Of a stretch of 64,000 bases of DNA, positions 48,212 to 56,837 are shown one piece after another (within the stretch, counting starts at the first letter, position 1; each line of letters starts with the position of its first letter). This DNA is from Alphaproteobacteria bacterium. Lineage in GTDB: Bacteria > Pseudomonadota > Alphaproteobacteria > SMXQ01. Location of the stretch: positions 47,602 through 111,601 of the forward strand of contig DASYCO010000066.1 of NCBI GenBank assembly GCA_036500145.1, read 5' to 3'. The notes beneath the pieces were generated by a model. It saw only the letters and a list, made by a program, of their open reading frames with translations. It searched no databases and had not been told where the DNA came from. Position numbers and translations under genes: made by a program.

Positions 48212-48493
48212 TGCGCGCTGCGGCACCGACCTTTTAGCGTCTTGTTTAACGTGGTTCGCAAGCCGGCCGGCTCAAATCTCCACGGGATGGACAGTCTTAA
48301 TCCTTCGCCCCGAAGGGCGTCAAGCCGGCTTCCTTGACAGCCCATTTTCCGCCGCCCTAACCTGTTCGAAACAAGAACGAATGTTCGTCATTCGAACCGC
48401 CAGACTGCGGCGTGCCGCGCAGGGAGCGCCGCCCCGCCCGGACGGCAGCGACCCCGCCGTTCCGCGCTCGCCCGCCGCAGAGGGAGAAGCATC

Positions 48494-49651
48494 ATGACCG
48501 CCGCCGCCCAGCCGGAAGACTATCGGGATTTCGCGCATGTCGGCCCCGGCACCCTGGGCGGCAAGCTGCTACGCCGCTTCTGGCAGCCGATCGTCATGTC
48601 GAACGTCCTGAAAGCCGGCCGGCCCAAGCGCGTGCAGATCCTCAACGAATGGTTCACCGCCTACCGCGGCGAGGACGGCAAGGCCTACGTCGTGCAGGAC
48701 GCCTGCCCGCACCGCATGACGCGCCTGTCGCTCGGCTGGGTCGAGAACGACTCGATCCGCTGCTTCTACCATGGCTGGAAGTTCGACGGCGCCACCGGCC
48801 AATGCACCCATCAGCCGGCCGAGCCGGAAGCCTACAGGAAGGCGGTGCAGATCAAGGCCTACCCGGTGCGCGAGTACCTCGGCCTGGTGTTCGCCTACTT
48901 CGGCGAAGGCGAGGCGCCGGAATTTCCGCTGTTTCCGGAAGTGGACCTGGCGACCGACACGGTCTTCTGCTCGGCGCTGCAGGTGCCCTGCAACTTCTTC
49001 CAGCGCATCGAGAACGACCTCGATGAGGTGCACCTGCATTTCGTGCATCGCGTCTCGACCGACGGCATCGGCCTCGACCAGCTGCCCGAGATCAACGTCG
49101 AGGAAAGCGACTACGGCATTTTGCGCAAGGGCCATCGCGACGATTCGGGCAACAACGTGACCCGCACCGGCCATATCTTCATGCCGAACAGCATGCTGGT
49201 CTTCACGCCGGGCCGCGACGGGCGCGAGAGCTGGCAGCTGCATTTGGCCTGGCGCGTGCCGGTCAGCGACGAGACGATGGTGAGCTTCGTCGTCAACGCC
49301 CACAAGGGCAGGGGCGGCGGCTTCGTCAACCGCGACAGCCGGATCGAGCCGGATCCGGAGGTCTACGTCGCGAAGATCCTGGCCTGCGAGATGCGCGTGC
49401 AGGACATCGACCCGAAATACCCGGGCCTGTTCCAGGTGCAGGACAGCGTCGCCCTGGCGGGCCAGGGCGCCATCGCCGACCGCAGCCACGAACGCCTCGG
49501 CCAGTCCGACCGCGGCGTCATGCTGATGCGCAAGCTATGGTCGCGCGAGATGCAGGCCATCGCCGAAGGCAAGCCGCTCAAGGCCTGGACGCGGCCGAAG
49601 GATTCCCTGCTCGACCACAGCACGCGCGAAATCCAGCTCGCGACGGCGTAA
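48494..49651 (+). CDS. Rieske [2Fe-2S] domain oxygenase (aromatic-ring-hydroxylating alpha-subunit-like)
   Basis: Rieske motif CPHRMTRLSLG...CFYHGWKF. Catalytic-domain His pair in EVHLHFVH. Confidence 0.8.
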   Translation: MTAAAQPEDYRDFAHVGPGTLGGKLLRRFWQPIVMSNVLKAGRPKRVQILNEWFTAYRGEDGKAYVVQDACPHRMTRLSLGWVENDSIRCFYHGWKFDGATGQCTHQPAEPEAYRKAVQIKAYPVREYLGLVFAYFGEGEAPEFPLFPEVDLATDTVFCSALQVPCNFFQRIENDLDEVHLHFVHRVSTDGIGLDQLPEINVEESDYGILRKGHRDDSGNNVTRTGHIFMPNSMLVFTPGRDGRESWQLHLAWRVPVSDETMVSFVVNAHKGRGGGFVNRDSRIEPDPEVYVAKILACEMRVQDIDPKYPGLFQVQDSVALAGQGAIADRSHERLGQSDRGVMLMRKLWSREMQAIAEGKPLKAWTRPKDSLLDHSTREIQLATA

Positions 49652-49730
49652 GCTCGCGGGGGCGGCGGCCGGCCAGGATGGCGGCTGCAAGCAAGAAGAA
49701 CGACAAGACGTAATCCATGGGGGGAATCAC

Positions 49731-50822
49731 ATGAGGCAGCTTGCCGGCGCGTGCGCGCTTGGTCTTTTCGCGGTCGGGGCGTTCGGCGCCGCCGCGGCTT
49801 ACGCTCAGGACATGACGCCGGCTCTGAGGGAGCTCGTGGCTGCGGCCAGCAAGGAAGGCCAGCTCGACGTCGCCTGGAGCGCCGACACGCTCGGCGGCCC
49901 GAACGGCGCCAAGGTCTTCGAGGAGCGCCTGGCCAAGCTCTACGGCGCGAAGGTGAAGGTGAGGTGGAATCCGGGCCGCTCGATGCCGGAAGTCGGCAAC
50001 GAGATCGCCATGCGCTTCACCAGCGGCCTGCCGTCGCCGACCGACGTCTACTACGGCTTCTCGCGCAACATGGCCGACCTGCTGAAATACGGGATGTTCC
50101 AGAGCGCGCCCTGGCACGACTACGCGCCCGACCGCCTGACGGCGGACATCGTCGAGCAGAACGACACCTTCGTGAAGCTGCTTACTGCCTACACCAGCTT
50201 CACCATCAGCGACAAATACGCGCCGTCCGTCCCGACCTCGCTCGACGACCTGCTGAAGCCGGAATGGAAGGGCAAGATCGCCACCACGTCCTACGGCGCC
50301 GGCTTCGAGATGCTGTCGTCGAAGGACATGTGGGGCGCCGACCGCACCATCGAATGGGCGAAGAAGTTCTCCGGCCAGGTCAGCGGGCTCCTGCGCTGTA
50401 GCGACATCGACCGCCTGCTGTCGGGCGAGTTCGCGGCCCTGGTCACCGACTGCGGCGGCGGCACGACGATGGCGGCGATCGCGAACAGCGGCGCGCCGCT
50501 CACCAACGTCATCACGCCGGAACTGGCCATCGTCAGCTTCTTCTATGTCGCCGTGCCGAAGAACTCGGCGCATCCCAATGCGGCGAAGCTGCTGATCGTC
50601 TATCTGCTGTCGCCGGAAGGGCAGCAGCATGTGGCCGACACCAACGGCGGCATGGACATGCATTTCCTGCCGGGCTCGAAGAGCGGCGAGCGCATCCGCA
50701 AGCTGGAAGCCGAATGGGGCAAGACCTTCGTCAACGCCGACATCGCCTGGCAGTTGAACAACGACGAGGGCAACAAGGCCCAGCGCGTCATCAAGGACAT
50801 CATCACGCAGAACAAGCAGTAG
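49731..50822 (+). CDS. periplasmic solute-binding protein (ABC-type, family-1-like); no permease or ATPase adjacent
   Basis: Signal peptide MRQLAGACALGLFAVGAFGAAAAYA. Size and alternating pattern are typical of a type-2 periplasmic binding fold; the subfamily is not identifiable by eye. Confidence 0.6.
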   Translation: MRQLAGACALGLFAVGAFGAAAAYAQDMTPALRELVAAASKEGQLDVAWSADTLGGPNGAKVFEERLAKLYGAKVKVRWNPGRSMPEVGNEIAMRFTSGLPSPTDVYYGFSRNMADLLKYGMFQSAPWHDYAPDRLTADIVEQNDTFVKLLTAYTSFTISDKYAPSVPTSLDDLLKPEWKGKIATTSYGAGFEMLSSKDMWGADRTIEWAKKFSGQVSGLLRCSDIDRLLSGEFAALVTDCGGGTTMAAIANSGAPLTNVITPELAIVSFFYVAVPKNSAHPNAAKLLIVYLLSPEGQQHVADTNGGMDMHFLPGSKSGERIRKLEAEWGKTFVNADIAWQLNNDEGNKAQRVIKDIITQNKQ

Positions 50823-50879
50823 GCCCCAAGGCGAAACAGCCCGGTCGAACGGCCGGGCTGTCTCTCGCGATGGAAGGCG

Positions 50880-51335
50880 TTACTTCAGCACTGCGACGGG
50901 CTGGATCTCCATCAGGGATTCCGGCCGTGCCAGGTGGGTGACCTCCACGAAGGTCATCGCCGGGTAGGAGCCCTCCTTGAAGATCGTCTTGGCGTATTTG
51001 ACGAACTGCGGCTCGTAGCGCAGGTCCTGCAGGTAGACCGACATTTGCACGATGTCGTCGAGCGAGCCGCCGGACTTCTCCATCGTCGCCTTGATCTTGT
51101 CCATCGTGTTCTTCGCCTGGGCATCGAAGTTGCCGAGGCCGGCGTTGCGGTCGGCGACGCTCGCCGTATGGCCGGCGAGGAATACCAGCGTCCCGCCCTT
51201 CACCTTGACGATGTTCGTCGAGGCCTGGTCGTTCATCGGGCCGATGTAGTCCTTCTTCAGCTCCTGGGCGGAGGCTTGCGCCGCGAAGGCGCCGGCGAAG
51301 AGCATGGACAGGATCGAGAGATAGGTCATGCGCAT
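50880..51335 (-). CDS. RidA/YjgF-family protein with a signal peptide
   Basis: Signal peptide MRMTYLSILSMLFAGAFAAQASA, then a RidA-like core VKVKGGTLVFLAG...DDIVQMSVYL...PAMTFVEV...MEIQPVAV. Confidence 0.75.
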   Translation of the reverse strand: MRMTYLSILSMLFAGAFAAQASAQELKKDYIGPMNDQASTNIVKVKGGTLVFLAGHTASVADRNAGLGNFDAQAKNTMDKIKATMEKSGGSLDDIVQMSVYLQDLRYEPQFVKYAKTIFKEGSYPAMTFVEVTHLARPESLMEIQPVAVLK

Positions 51336-51360
51336 GATTTCATCTCCTGGATGGGATGGA

Positions 51361-51816
51361 TTATTCGGGGATCACGCCGATGGCGCGGATTTCGACGAAG
51401 GCGCCGGGCGTCGGCAGCTTGGCCGCCTCCATGAAGGCGCTGGCCGGGAAGCCTTTCTTGAAGACCTCGCGCCGCATGTCGGTGAGCTGGTCGGACCAGC
51501 GCCGCTCGGTGGTGAACACCGTCATGCTGACGACGTCTTCCAGGTTGCCGCCGGCCTGCTTCATGGCCTTGTCCATGTTCTTCCAGATCTGGCTGACCTG
51601 CCCGGAGAAGTCGCCGGGCGCCACCAGCTTGCCCTGCTCGTCGGTCGGCTCGATGCCGGCGAGAAACACGAGCGTGCCGCCCTTGACCTTGACGGCGCTG
51701 GAATAGGCCGACGCCGGAACGGGGCCGACCATTTCCAATTGGCGTTCCTGCGCCATGGCGGCGAATGGAGACAGGGATAGGCAACTTATGAGCAAGACGA
51801 GCAAACGTTTCGTCAT
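51361..51816 (-). CDS. RidA/YjgF-family protein with a signal peptide (tandem paralog)
   Basis: Signal peptide MTKRLLVLLISCLSLSPFAAMA, and core VKVKGGTLVFLAG...EDVVSMTVF...PASAFMEA...VEIRAIGV. ATG 51816 is preceded by GGGGGAG. Confidence 0.75.
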   Translation of the reverse strand: MTKRLLVLLISCLSLSPFAAMAQERQLEMVGPVPASAYSSAVKVKGGTLVFLAGIEPTDEQGKLVAPGDFSGQVSQIWKNMDKAMKQAGGNLEDVVSMTVFTTERRWSDQLTDMRREVFKKGFPASAFMEAAKLPTPGAFVEIRAIGVIPE

Positions 51817-52183
51817 TGAACTCCCCCTCTGATGTTGGACAGCCGGAGCCGGATTGGCCCACGGCCTTATTAGGCGCCGATTGCGAGCAGGGGGCAATTC
51901 ACTGTCGTGCCGGCGGCCCAATTAGGCCGCAGTTGCAATGATTTTGACCCGACGATCCGCGCGATTGCGACTGTAGGCCGGCAGGCGCAAAACTGAACAG
52001 GTCACAATATGGAACGCAGCATCCAAGCCATTGGCCGATGTCTTGGGCGCATGACGGCCGGATATATGCTTCGATATTCGCGACCTTGGGTTCCACGGCG
52101 CCATGTCGCCGCCGTCGATGGGGAAAGGCCCGCGCTGTCTTGCGAAGAGGCTTGCCGAGAATGAAAAGAACGGGAGACGGCCG

Positions 52184-53098
52184 ATGCTCGACTTGAACGA
52201 TTTTTTCTATTTCGTGCAGGTGGTCGACCGCGGCGGCTTCACGGCGGCGGGCCGCACGCTTCGCGTGCCGAAGTCGACGTTGAGCCATCGCATCCAGCAG
52301 CTCGAAAGCGGATTGGGCGTGCGCCTTCTTAACCGGACGTCGCGGCAGTTCGGCCTCACCGACGCCGGCGCGGAATTCTATCACCATGCCGTCGACATGC
52401 TGCGGCAGGCCGAGCATGCGGAAAACGTCATGCGGCAGCGGCTGTCGGAACCGTCGGGCACGGTCCGCTTCACCACGGGCGTGGCGACGGGGCAGTTCGC
52501 CATGCGCGACATGGTGGTCCGCTTCATGGAGAAATATCCGAAGATCAATCTGGTCGAGCATGCCGTGGACAGGTCGGTCGACATCATCGGCGAAAACTTC
52601 GACGTCGCCATTCGGGCCCATTCGGGGCCGCTGCCCAATTCGACGATGCTGCAGAGAACGTTGGCGCCGGCGCCGTGGTTCTTGTTCGCCGGCGCGAGCT
52701 ATCTGGATGGATGCGCGGCGATCAAGGCGCCGGCAGACCTCGGCCCGCATGCTTCGCTGTTCATGATGCGGGGCGGCCTCGCGCCGTGCTGGCGGCTGCG
52801 CCGTGCCAGTCCGCGCAATGCGAAGGAGGTCGTCCTGCCTTTGACGCCGCGCTTTCTCAGCGACGACATGGTGACCCTGAAGGACGCCGCCATCGCAGGC
52901 CTGGGGATCGTCGCCCTACCGGGCTATGTCTGCCGCGACGAGGTGAAGTCGGGCAAGCTCATGCGCGTGCTGCCCCACTGGCTGGCGGGCGATTCGACCA
53001 TTACGGCACTCATTCCCCACCGCCAAGGGCTGCTGCCGTCCGTGAGGGCCTTCGTCGAGCATCTTGCGGCGGAGTTTCCCAAGGTCGTCCTGTGCTGA
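52184..53098 (+). CDS. LysR-family transcriptional regulator
   Basis: N-terminal HTH LNDFFYFVQVVDRGGFTAAGRTLRVPKSTLSHRIQQLE plus a LysR substrate-binding domain. ATG 52184 is chosen. Confidence 0.88.
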   Translation: MLDLNDFFYFVQVVDRGGFTAAGRTLRVPKSTLSHRIQQLESGLGVRLLNRTSRQFGLTDAGAEFYHHAVDMLRQAEHAENVMRQRLSEPSGTVRFTTGVATGQFAMRDMVVRFMEKYPKINLVEHAVDRSVDIIGENFDVAIRAHSGPLPNSTMLQRTLAPAPWFLFAGASYLDGCAAIKAPADLGPHASLFMMRGGLAPCWRLRRASPRNAKEVVLPLTPRFLSDDMVTLKDAAIAGLGIVALPGYVCRDEVKSGKLMRVLPHWLAGDSTITALIPHRQGLLPSVRAFVEHLAAEFPKVVLC

Positions 53099-53192
53099 CC
53101 GGCGGTTTTCGGGCCGAATATCCTGGCCCTTGGCAGACGGGCGGGCGATAGGCTAAGACTCGGGCCCGTCCGGCCCTCACAGGGCCCAAGAT

Positions 53193-53266
53193 GCGGGCGT
53201 AGCTCAATGGTAGAGCTGTAGCTTCCCAAGCTACTGACGAGGGTTCGATTCCCTTCGCCCGCTCCA
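53193..53266 (+). tRNA. tRNA-Gly (anticodon CCC)
   Basis: Hand-folded cloverleaf: acceptor GCGGGCG/CGCCCGC, D arm GCTC-AATGGTA-GAGC, anticodon stem GTAGC/GCTAC with loop TTCCCAA, T arm GAGGG-TTCGATT-CCCTT, discriminator T, CCA encoded. Confidence 0.93.
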
Positions 53267-53290
53267 ATTTCCCATTTCCTCGTCAGAATC

Positions 53291-53321
53291 GAAAACGGCC
53301 GGCAAGTCTCCCTGCCGGCCG
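53291..53321 (-). terminator. putative rho-independent terminator after the small secreted-protein gene
   Basis: Stem CGGCCGGCA / TGCCGGCCG with an 8-nt loop, followed by TTTTC on the minus strand. Confidence 0.55.
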
Positions 53322-53350
53322 CTTGGTCGTCGCCGTTTCGATGCGGCGTC

Positions 53351-53836
53351 TTACTGGCGCTGAACCGAGAAGTTCATGGTCGCGCCGAGGCCCTGCGCGC
53401 TCGAATGGTAGGGCGCGGTCAGCTGGCCGCCGAACTGGCATTTGAAGCCGGGGGCCTGATAGGTCAGGTTCGCCGACAGGGTGACTTGGCCCCAGCCGGC
53501 GCCGCTGCCTTCGGAGATCTGGCGATTGATGACCCAGACGCAGTATTGGATGTTCGCGTTTTCGAGATTCTCGAAATTGACCGTGTAGGGAAAGCGGAGC
53601 TCCGGCGGGCAGGTATTGGCGAAGCAGGACTTCACCGTCCAGTTGCCCTTGGCCCGCACGTCTTCCACCTGGCCCGGCTTGAGCCAGACGATGCCGACGT
53701 TCTGCATGACCCCTTTGGCCGGGATGTTGGTCTGGTTCGCCATCTTGGCGACGTAGTCGGCCTTCGCCGGCGCCGCGACGCTGATGCAGAGCATCGCCAA
53801 TGCAGCCGCGCTCATCGCGCGCATCATTGCTTTCAT
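53351..53836 (-). CDS. hypothetical small secreted protein (161 aa, four Cys in the mature part)
   Basis: Signal peptide MKAMMRAMSAAALAMLCISVAAPAKA. GAGGAA lies upstream of ATG 53836. The sequence looks beta-rich; no family recognised. Confidence 0.6.
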   Translation of the reverse strand: MKAMMRAMSAAALAMLCISVAAPAKADYVAKMANQTNIPAKGVMQNVGIVWLKPGQVEDVRAKGNWTVKSCFANTCPPELRFPYTVNFENLENANIQYCVWVINRQISEGSGAGWGQVTLSANLTYQAPGFKCQFGGQLTAPYHSSAQGLGATMNFSVQRQ

Positions 53837-54074
53837 CGTTTCCTCGTTTCCAGCGCGCATGGCCGGCGGATCGCCGGATGGCGCCTGTGCATTTTCAGAT
53901 TGTCATGAGCGTTTGCGCTGAAGGCGCAGAGATTGCGCCGGCAATGACTACGCACGCCCCCGAAGCCGTAGTCGTCGGACGCATAAAATGCCGATCCGTC
54001 CCGAAATTCAATGCGTTTCGAGCAACTACGACCTAGGCAATAGCCGCGCTCAGTCCGTCACAGGACTGTCGCTT

Positions 54075-54737
54075 TCAGCGCCGGGCGCGACGGTCGACCT
54101 TGGCCGGCCGGGCGTTGGCGCGGGCCTTGTCCAGCAGCCGCTTGAAGGGCGGCAGGATTTTTTCGGCAAGCGCCTCGTCCTGCTCGATGGCGGCGAGGGT
54201 GTAGGCGATAGCCTCGATGGTGGAGACGCTCTCGCGGCGCGGCTCCTTGCGCAGGCTGCCGTAGTAGGAGGGGCGCGGCGGCTGCAGCACCAGGCGGCGG
54301 CATTTCAGCATCCAGGCGTTGCGCCACCACAGCGCCTTGGCCTGCTGCCAGTTGCCGTCGAGCAGGATGACGCCCTCGAGGTCGTCGAGGATGGCGTCCT
54401 GGTCGGCCAGCGGCTCGCCCTGCTTGTCGACGACGGTGACGGGCCGCGGCGGCAGGGGGGCGGCGGTCTTGGCGGTGCCGAGATAGAGGATGCCCCAGCG
54501 CTTGGGGTCTGCGTCACGGCCGAGGGCCTTGGCGAGGCTCGGCCAGGACAGGCCGGTCTTCAGCTGGGCGTTCTTGAGCTGCAGCACGGCGATCCGCGCC
54601 GTGCCGAGCAGGCGGTCCTGCTCCTGCGGATGGCGCAGGATCAGCACGGAGAGGCGGCTGGCGAGCGGGGTTATGGCGTCGCAGACGCAGAGGTCCGTCG
54701 GCTTTTCGCAGGTCTTGCAGAGGTCGTCCGTATCCAT
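54075..54737 (-). CDS. DTW-domain protein (tRNA-uridine aminocarboxypropyltransferase family)
   Basis: N-terminal Cys cluster CKTCEKPTDLCVCD and a DTW-type motif ILLDGNWQQAKALW (DGNW variant). Confidence 0.7.
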   Translation of the reverse strand: MDTDDLCKTCEKPTDLCVCDAITPLASRLSVLILRHPQEQDRLLGTARIAVLQLKNAQLKTGLSWPSLAKALGRDADPKRWGILYLGTAKTAAPLPPRPVTVVDKQGEPLADQDAILDDLEGVILLDGNWQQAKALWWRNAWMLKCRRLVLQPPRPSYYGSLRKEPRRESVSTIEAIAYTLAAIEQDEALAEKILPPFKRLLDKARANARPAKVDRRARR

Positions 54738-54867
54738 CGCCGCTTTGTCCGGGAATCTCAAGGTCGCGCCGCGCCCAAAATAGCGCAGGCGCGCGGCGGA
54801 TGCCTCATTTGCCTGTCAGGCCCGCCGCTTCCGCCAGCGATGCGCGGAAGCGGCGCGGCAAGCTTGC

Positions 54868-55341
54868 TTACGTGCCCGGCGCCGGATGGAACTTCTTCAC
54901 CGCCTTGATGCCGACGATGATGGCGATGAGCAGCAGCATCGCCTGGGCGATGGCGAAGTTCGTCTGCGTCGGGCTCGCCAGGGCGGGCACTTTCGCGAAG
55001 ATCTGCGCGATGGCGACGAAGACGAGGAAGTAGGTGGTGATCACCACGCCGACGGCGTAGACCCAGCGCCAGGCGCCGGCGAAATGGCGGGCGTAGCGCG
55101 CGAACAGCGTGATCAGCAGCACGACCGACGAGATGATGTCGACGATGTGCGACGGCAGCAGCGCGGTGAAGGGAAACATGAAGCCCGTCACGTTGGTGGC
55201 GATGGCGGTGACGAAGAACAAGGCGGCCCAGCGCGGCGCGGCGCGGCCCTCCAGCAGGCCGACGACCAGGATGACGCCGGACGCCAAGGCGACGAGACTC
55301 AGCCAGGTGTGAAAACCGACGAAGGTCAGGATGTTGAACAT
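54868..55341 (-). CDS. hypothetical integral membrane protein (157 aa)
   Basis: Four to five hydrophobic helices. GGGGAG lies upstream of ATG 55341. The longer track ORF is rejected. Confidence 0.55.
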   Translation of the reverse strand: MFNILTFVGFHTWLSLVALASGVILVVGLLEGRAAPRWAALFFVTAIATNVTGFMFPFTALLPSHIVDIISSVVLLITLFARYARHFAGAWRWVYAVGVVITTYFLVFVAIAQIFAKVPALASPTQTNFAIAQAMLLLIAIIVGIKAVKKFHPAPGT

Positions 55342-55450
55342 GCGATCGCTCCCCTGCGACTGGGATGTGGCTCCTAGGGAACTATAGCCTGGGCATCCGT
55401 GGTCCATGCAGGAAAAGCGCGCCGGCAAGCGGCAGCAAGTCAGCCCGGCG

Positions 55451-56497
55451 TCAGGGCCAGCTCCAGGCGGCGGCCTCGGCGAGCCAGGGCGGCAAGGTGA
55501 GGAAGTGGTGGATGAATTCGTCGCCCGCCGTCAGCACCGCCGCGCCGACGAAGGACAGGCCGAGCCCGAGGAAGACCCAGCGGTCGAGCCGCTCATGCTC
55601 GCGGTTGAGGAAGTAGCCGAAGATCATGCGGAAGATCAGCGACAGGCTCTGGATCGGCTGCACGATGGTGACCGGCGCGATGCCGAGCGCCAGGTAGCGG
55701 AAGAACTGCGACACGAAGACGGAGCCGCCGGAGAGCATGAACCAGGGCACGCTGGCGCGGCGGATGTCGCGCATCTCGCGCATCTTTCCGGGCAGCGCGA
55801 GCACCAGCAGGATGGCGGCGCTGGCGGCGATGTAGGAGATCAGGCCGCCGAGCATGCTGAGGCCGGTGCCGCGCAGTCCGGCGGAGACAAGGATGGGGCT
55901 GGTGCCGTAGCCGACGCCGGCGAGGAAGGCGTTGAAGTAGCCCTGGGCGAGGCGCGGGCGGAACACCTGCTGCGGATCGCCGGTGCCGGGATCGGTCTCG
56001 GCGATGTCGGGAATGTCGGCGCCCACGGGCTGCGGCTTCGCGGCCTTCGGCTTCGTCGCGGCCTTCTCGGCGCGCTGGCGGTCGAGCATGACGATGGGGC
56101 CGAGCGCGATCAGCAGGATGCCGATGACCTTCATGGGCGTCAGCGTCTCGCCGAGCAGGATGACGGCGAGCGCCAGCGCGATGATGTGCTGGCTCTGCTG
56201 CATCGGGCCGGCCAGGTTGGAGCCGATGAAGGCGAGCGAGCGGATGTTGAAGTAGCGCCCCCAGACGAAATGCATGAAGCCGCCGCCGGCGAGGTAGAGG
56301 ATCTGCAGGCCGGTGAAGCTGCCCCACTGGTCCATCTCGCCGGCGATCATCGCCGCCGGCACGAACAGCAGCAGGCCGAGCGGAATGGTGACGACGAGGC
56401 CCTGCAGGGCCGAGCCGGTGAGCACGCCGCGCCGCGCGCTGGCGTTGTTGAGCCCGAAGGCCATGGCCGCGAGAACCGCGTAGAGAGCGCCGAGCAT
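55451..56497 (-). CDS. DMT-superfamily (EamA-like) transporter
   Basis: Two five-helix halves, each with an EamA-like pattern, separated by a roughly 45-aa hydrophilic Lys/Pro/Asp-rich linker. Confidence 0.7.
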   Translation of the reverse strand: MLGALYAVLAAMAFGLNNASARRGVLTGSALQGLVVTIPLGLLLFVPAAMIAGEMDQWGSFTGLQILYLAGGGFMHFVWGRYFNIRSLAFIGSNLAGPMQQSQHIIALALAVILLGETLTPMKVIGILLIALGPIVMLDRQRAEKAATKPKAAKPQPVGADIPDIAETDPGTGDPQQVFRPRLAQGYFNAFLAGVGYGTSPILVSAGLRGTGLSMLGGLISYIAASAAILLVLALPGKMREMRDIRRASVPWFMLSGGSVFVSQFFRYLALGIAPVTIVQPIQSLSLIFRMIFGYFLNREHERLDRWVFLGLGLSFVGAAVLTAGDEFIHHFLTLPPWLAEAAAWSWP

Positions 56498-56837
56498 GGA
56501 GGGGAAAGCCGGAAAGGGAAAAGGGGCCTCGAAAATAGGCGGCGGCCCGCGCCGGCGCTAGCGGAAATGCCGGCGTTTCGCCCTGAGGCATGTGGTTGCC
56601 CGTCGCTGCGGGCAATGCGACAATGGCCTTCAGAGCGCCGCGAAGGCCCGAACCCTCCCGTCCATCTCTCCGCCAGAATCATCGGGACAGGGCCGCCGCG
56701 ATACATAAGGAACAGATCGTATGTCTTCGCCGACGCCGTCCTTCGGGCGGCCGCAATCCCTCGTCGCTGTCCCGTTCTTCTCACCCCTTCCGTCCCGCAC
56801 CCCGACCGTCGCCGCGCGACGCAGCGTCGTCTGAGCC

